Assembly: GCA_025603075.1 (NCBI GenBank)
Contig: MU626284.1
Coordinates: 62,001-126,000 of the forward strand
DNA: 64,000 nucleotides
Direction: 5' to 3'
Source: Neoconidiobolus thromboides FSU 785
Lineage: Eukaryota > Fungi > Entomophthoromycota
In this document: positions 62,622-64,000 of the stretch, in pieces
Layout of the letters: each line of letters begins with the position of its first letter
Position numbering within the stretch: the stretch's first letter is position 1
Position numbers and translations under genes: made by a program
Notes under the pieces: model-generated
The model's database searches: none
Seen by the model: only the letters and a program-made list of their open reading frames with translations
Told to the model about the DNA's origin: nothing

Positions 62622-64000
62622 ATGATAATACAAATTGAATTAATTGATTAATATCACTAAAATAATCTTCATATTGTTGTTGACAATCTTTAATAAAATT
62701 AATCATTGGTGTTGTAAGTTGAAAATTATTGATATTAAACTTATATATTGGGAAATTATTAATATTATACTCTTGTTGTTTATTAATATTAATATTAATA
62801 TTATTAATGTTTTCCCAATTTATTACACCTTTATCATTAAATAATTCTACTTGATTTTTTAATTCATACTTTTCCTTCCATTTATTAAACATATCCTCAA
62901 TAATTAATGGATTAATATTAAAAATGCCCAAAGTATCACTAAAATATTTTAAATTAAATTGATTTTGATTTAAACTATAACGAATATTTTCTTCAATTAT
63001 AAAATCATAAATTTTATTAATAATAAATTTTAATTCTTTTTGAGTAATAATTGAATTGTATTTACTGAATAATAATTGTATTAAAAATATTAAATAATTA
63101 AATATATTTTTATCAATAATATTTAAAGGCTCATTAATACATAAATCAATTTGATGTTTTAATTGATTTTGAATGTCTTGTTGATAATAATTTATAAAAA
63201 TAAATTGACATGTATTAAATACTATTTTATACATTAACTGATTTTCTTTATTGCTATTATTAATCATTTTACTAATATAATTTGATAATATTAAAAATGG
63301 TATTGTTTTTAATTCCAACTCAATGTCTTTATTATTATTATTATTGTTAAAATATTGATTAATTTGTTGATATTTATTAATGTACTCTTTTTGTTTTATT
63401 TGATTATTAAAGTAAATTGGTAGTATTAAGTTAATTTGATACTTTGATTGATCTTTAACAATAAGTTTGGATTTGTTTTTATTATTTTCTAATATATTAA
63501 TAGTTTCATTAATAGGTATTAAATATGGACTAATATAATTAATAATAAATTTATTATTATTATTATATTTATTTTTAGTAACTCTTAAACTAATACCAAT
63601 TAAATCATCACTATTATTATTATCTTTTATATTTGATATATCAATAATATTATTTAATACAATTACATTATTTTTATATTGATTATTTTTATACTTTTCA
63701 TTAACTAACTCATTTTGTTTTTGTAACTTAAACATTGTATTATTATCCATTGATGTTATCATTTCTTGATTTATATTGTATTCTTGGATTTCTTTTATTG
63801 ATTTATTTATAATCTTATTTATTGAATTATACCATTCTATTAATTCCTTATTCCTTAATTTGTCTTCATTTACTAAATTCATTAACATCTTTTTGATATT
63901 ATTATTTGACTGTTTAATTTCCCATAATTTATCTCTTATAAAATTAAGATTCAATTTATTAAGATTACCAGCTTTAAAATAAGTTTTTGCTAATTGTTTA
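61939..64000 (-). CDS. Diverged paralog of the 46735-49917 protein, 5'-truncated by the window edge
   Basis: The frame stays open from 63954 to the window end. Shared blocks include DDLIGISLRV, INLILPIYF, ELKTIPFLILS, NTCQFIF and ILKYFIKYRSVKSFNY...WYPSNKNIKR. Confidence 0.75.

Noticed and set aside
888-63982. Antisense or off-frame ORFs in the supplied track (888, 4858, 5979, 7148, 10833, 19861, 21270, 23490, 25820, 30786, 32267, 47961, 50304, 50676, 62644, 63776)
   Set aside because: Each overlaps a better-supported gene and has no recognisable motif. The F/L/S-rich ones simply mirror Lys-rich codons.

Overview
AT-rich eukaryotic genomic DNA, almost certainly fungal: there is a chitin synthase, KRE6 and a Zn2Cys6 factor, and GT-AG introns are mostly 45-55 nt. 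The composition and several animal-like gene families suggest an early-diverging lineage such as Zoopagomycota/Entomophthorales; this is inference, not a database match. About 23 protein-coding genes can be supported: a SERTA-like protein, KRE6, DRG2, a bZIP-like protein, NCA2, a Zn2Cys6 TF, chitin synthase, an SLC17-like MFS transporter, GTP cyclohydrolase I, twinfilin, NADP-IDH (15 exons), CCDC124, a LEA_2 protein, a small Cys peptide, RCC1, a Ran1-like kinase, an Hv1-like channel, two paralogous VWA-family proteins, a Lys-rich secreted protein, an R2R3 Myb, a POT transporter and a Uds1 protein. Intergenic DNA holds 17 copies of a ~100-bp MITE with 4-bp target duplications, a solo LTR nested inside an inverted copy of its own family, and stop-riddled ORF relics. 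No rRNA, tRNA or CRISPR array was recognised. Exon structures were assembled by eye from splice signals and family motifs.
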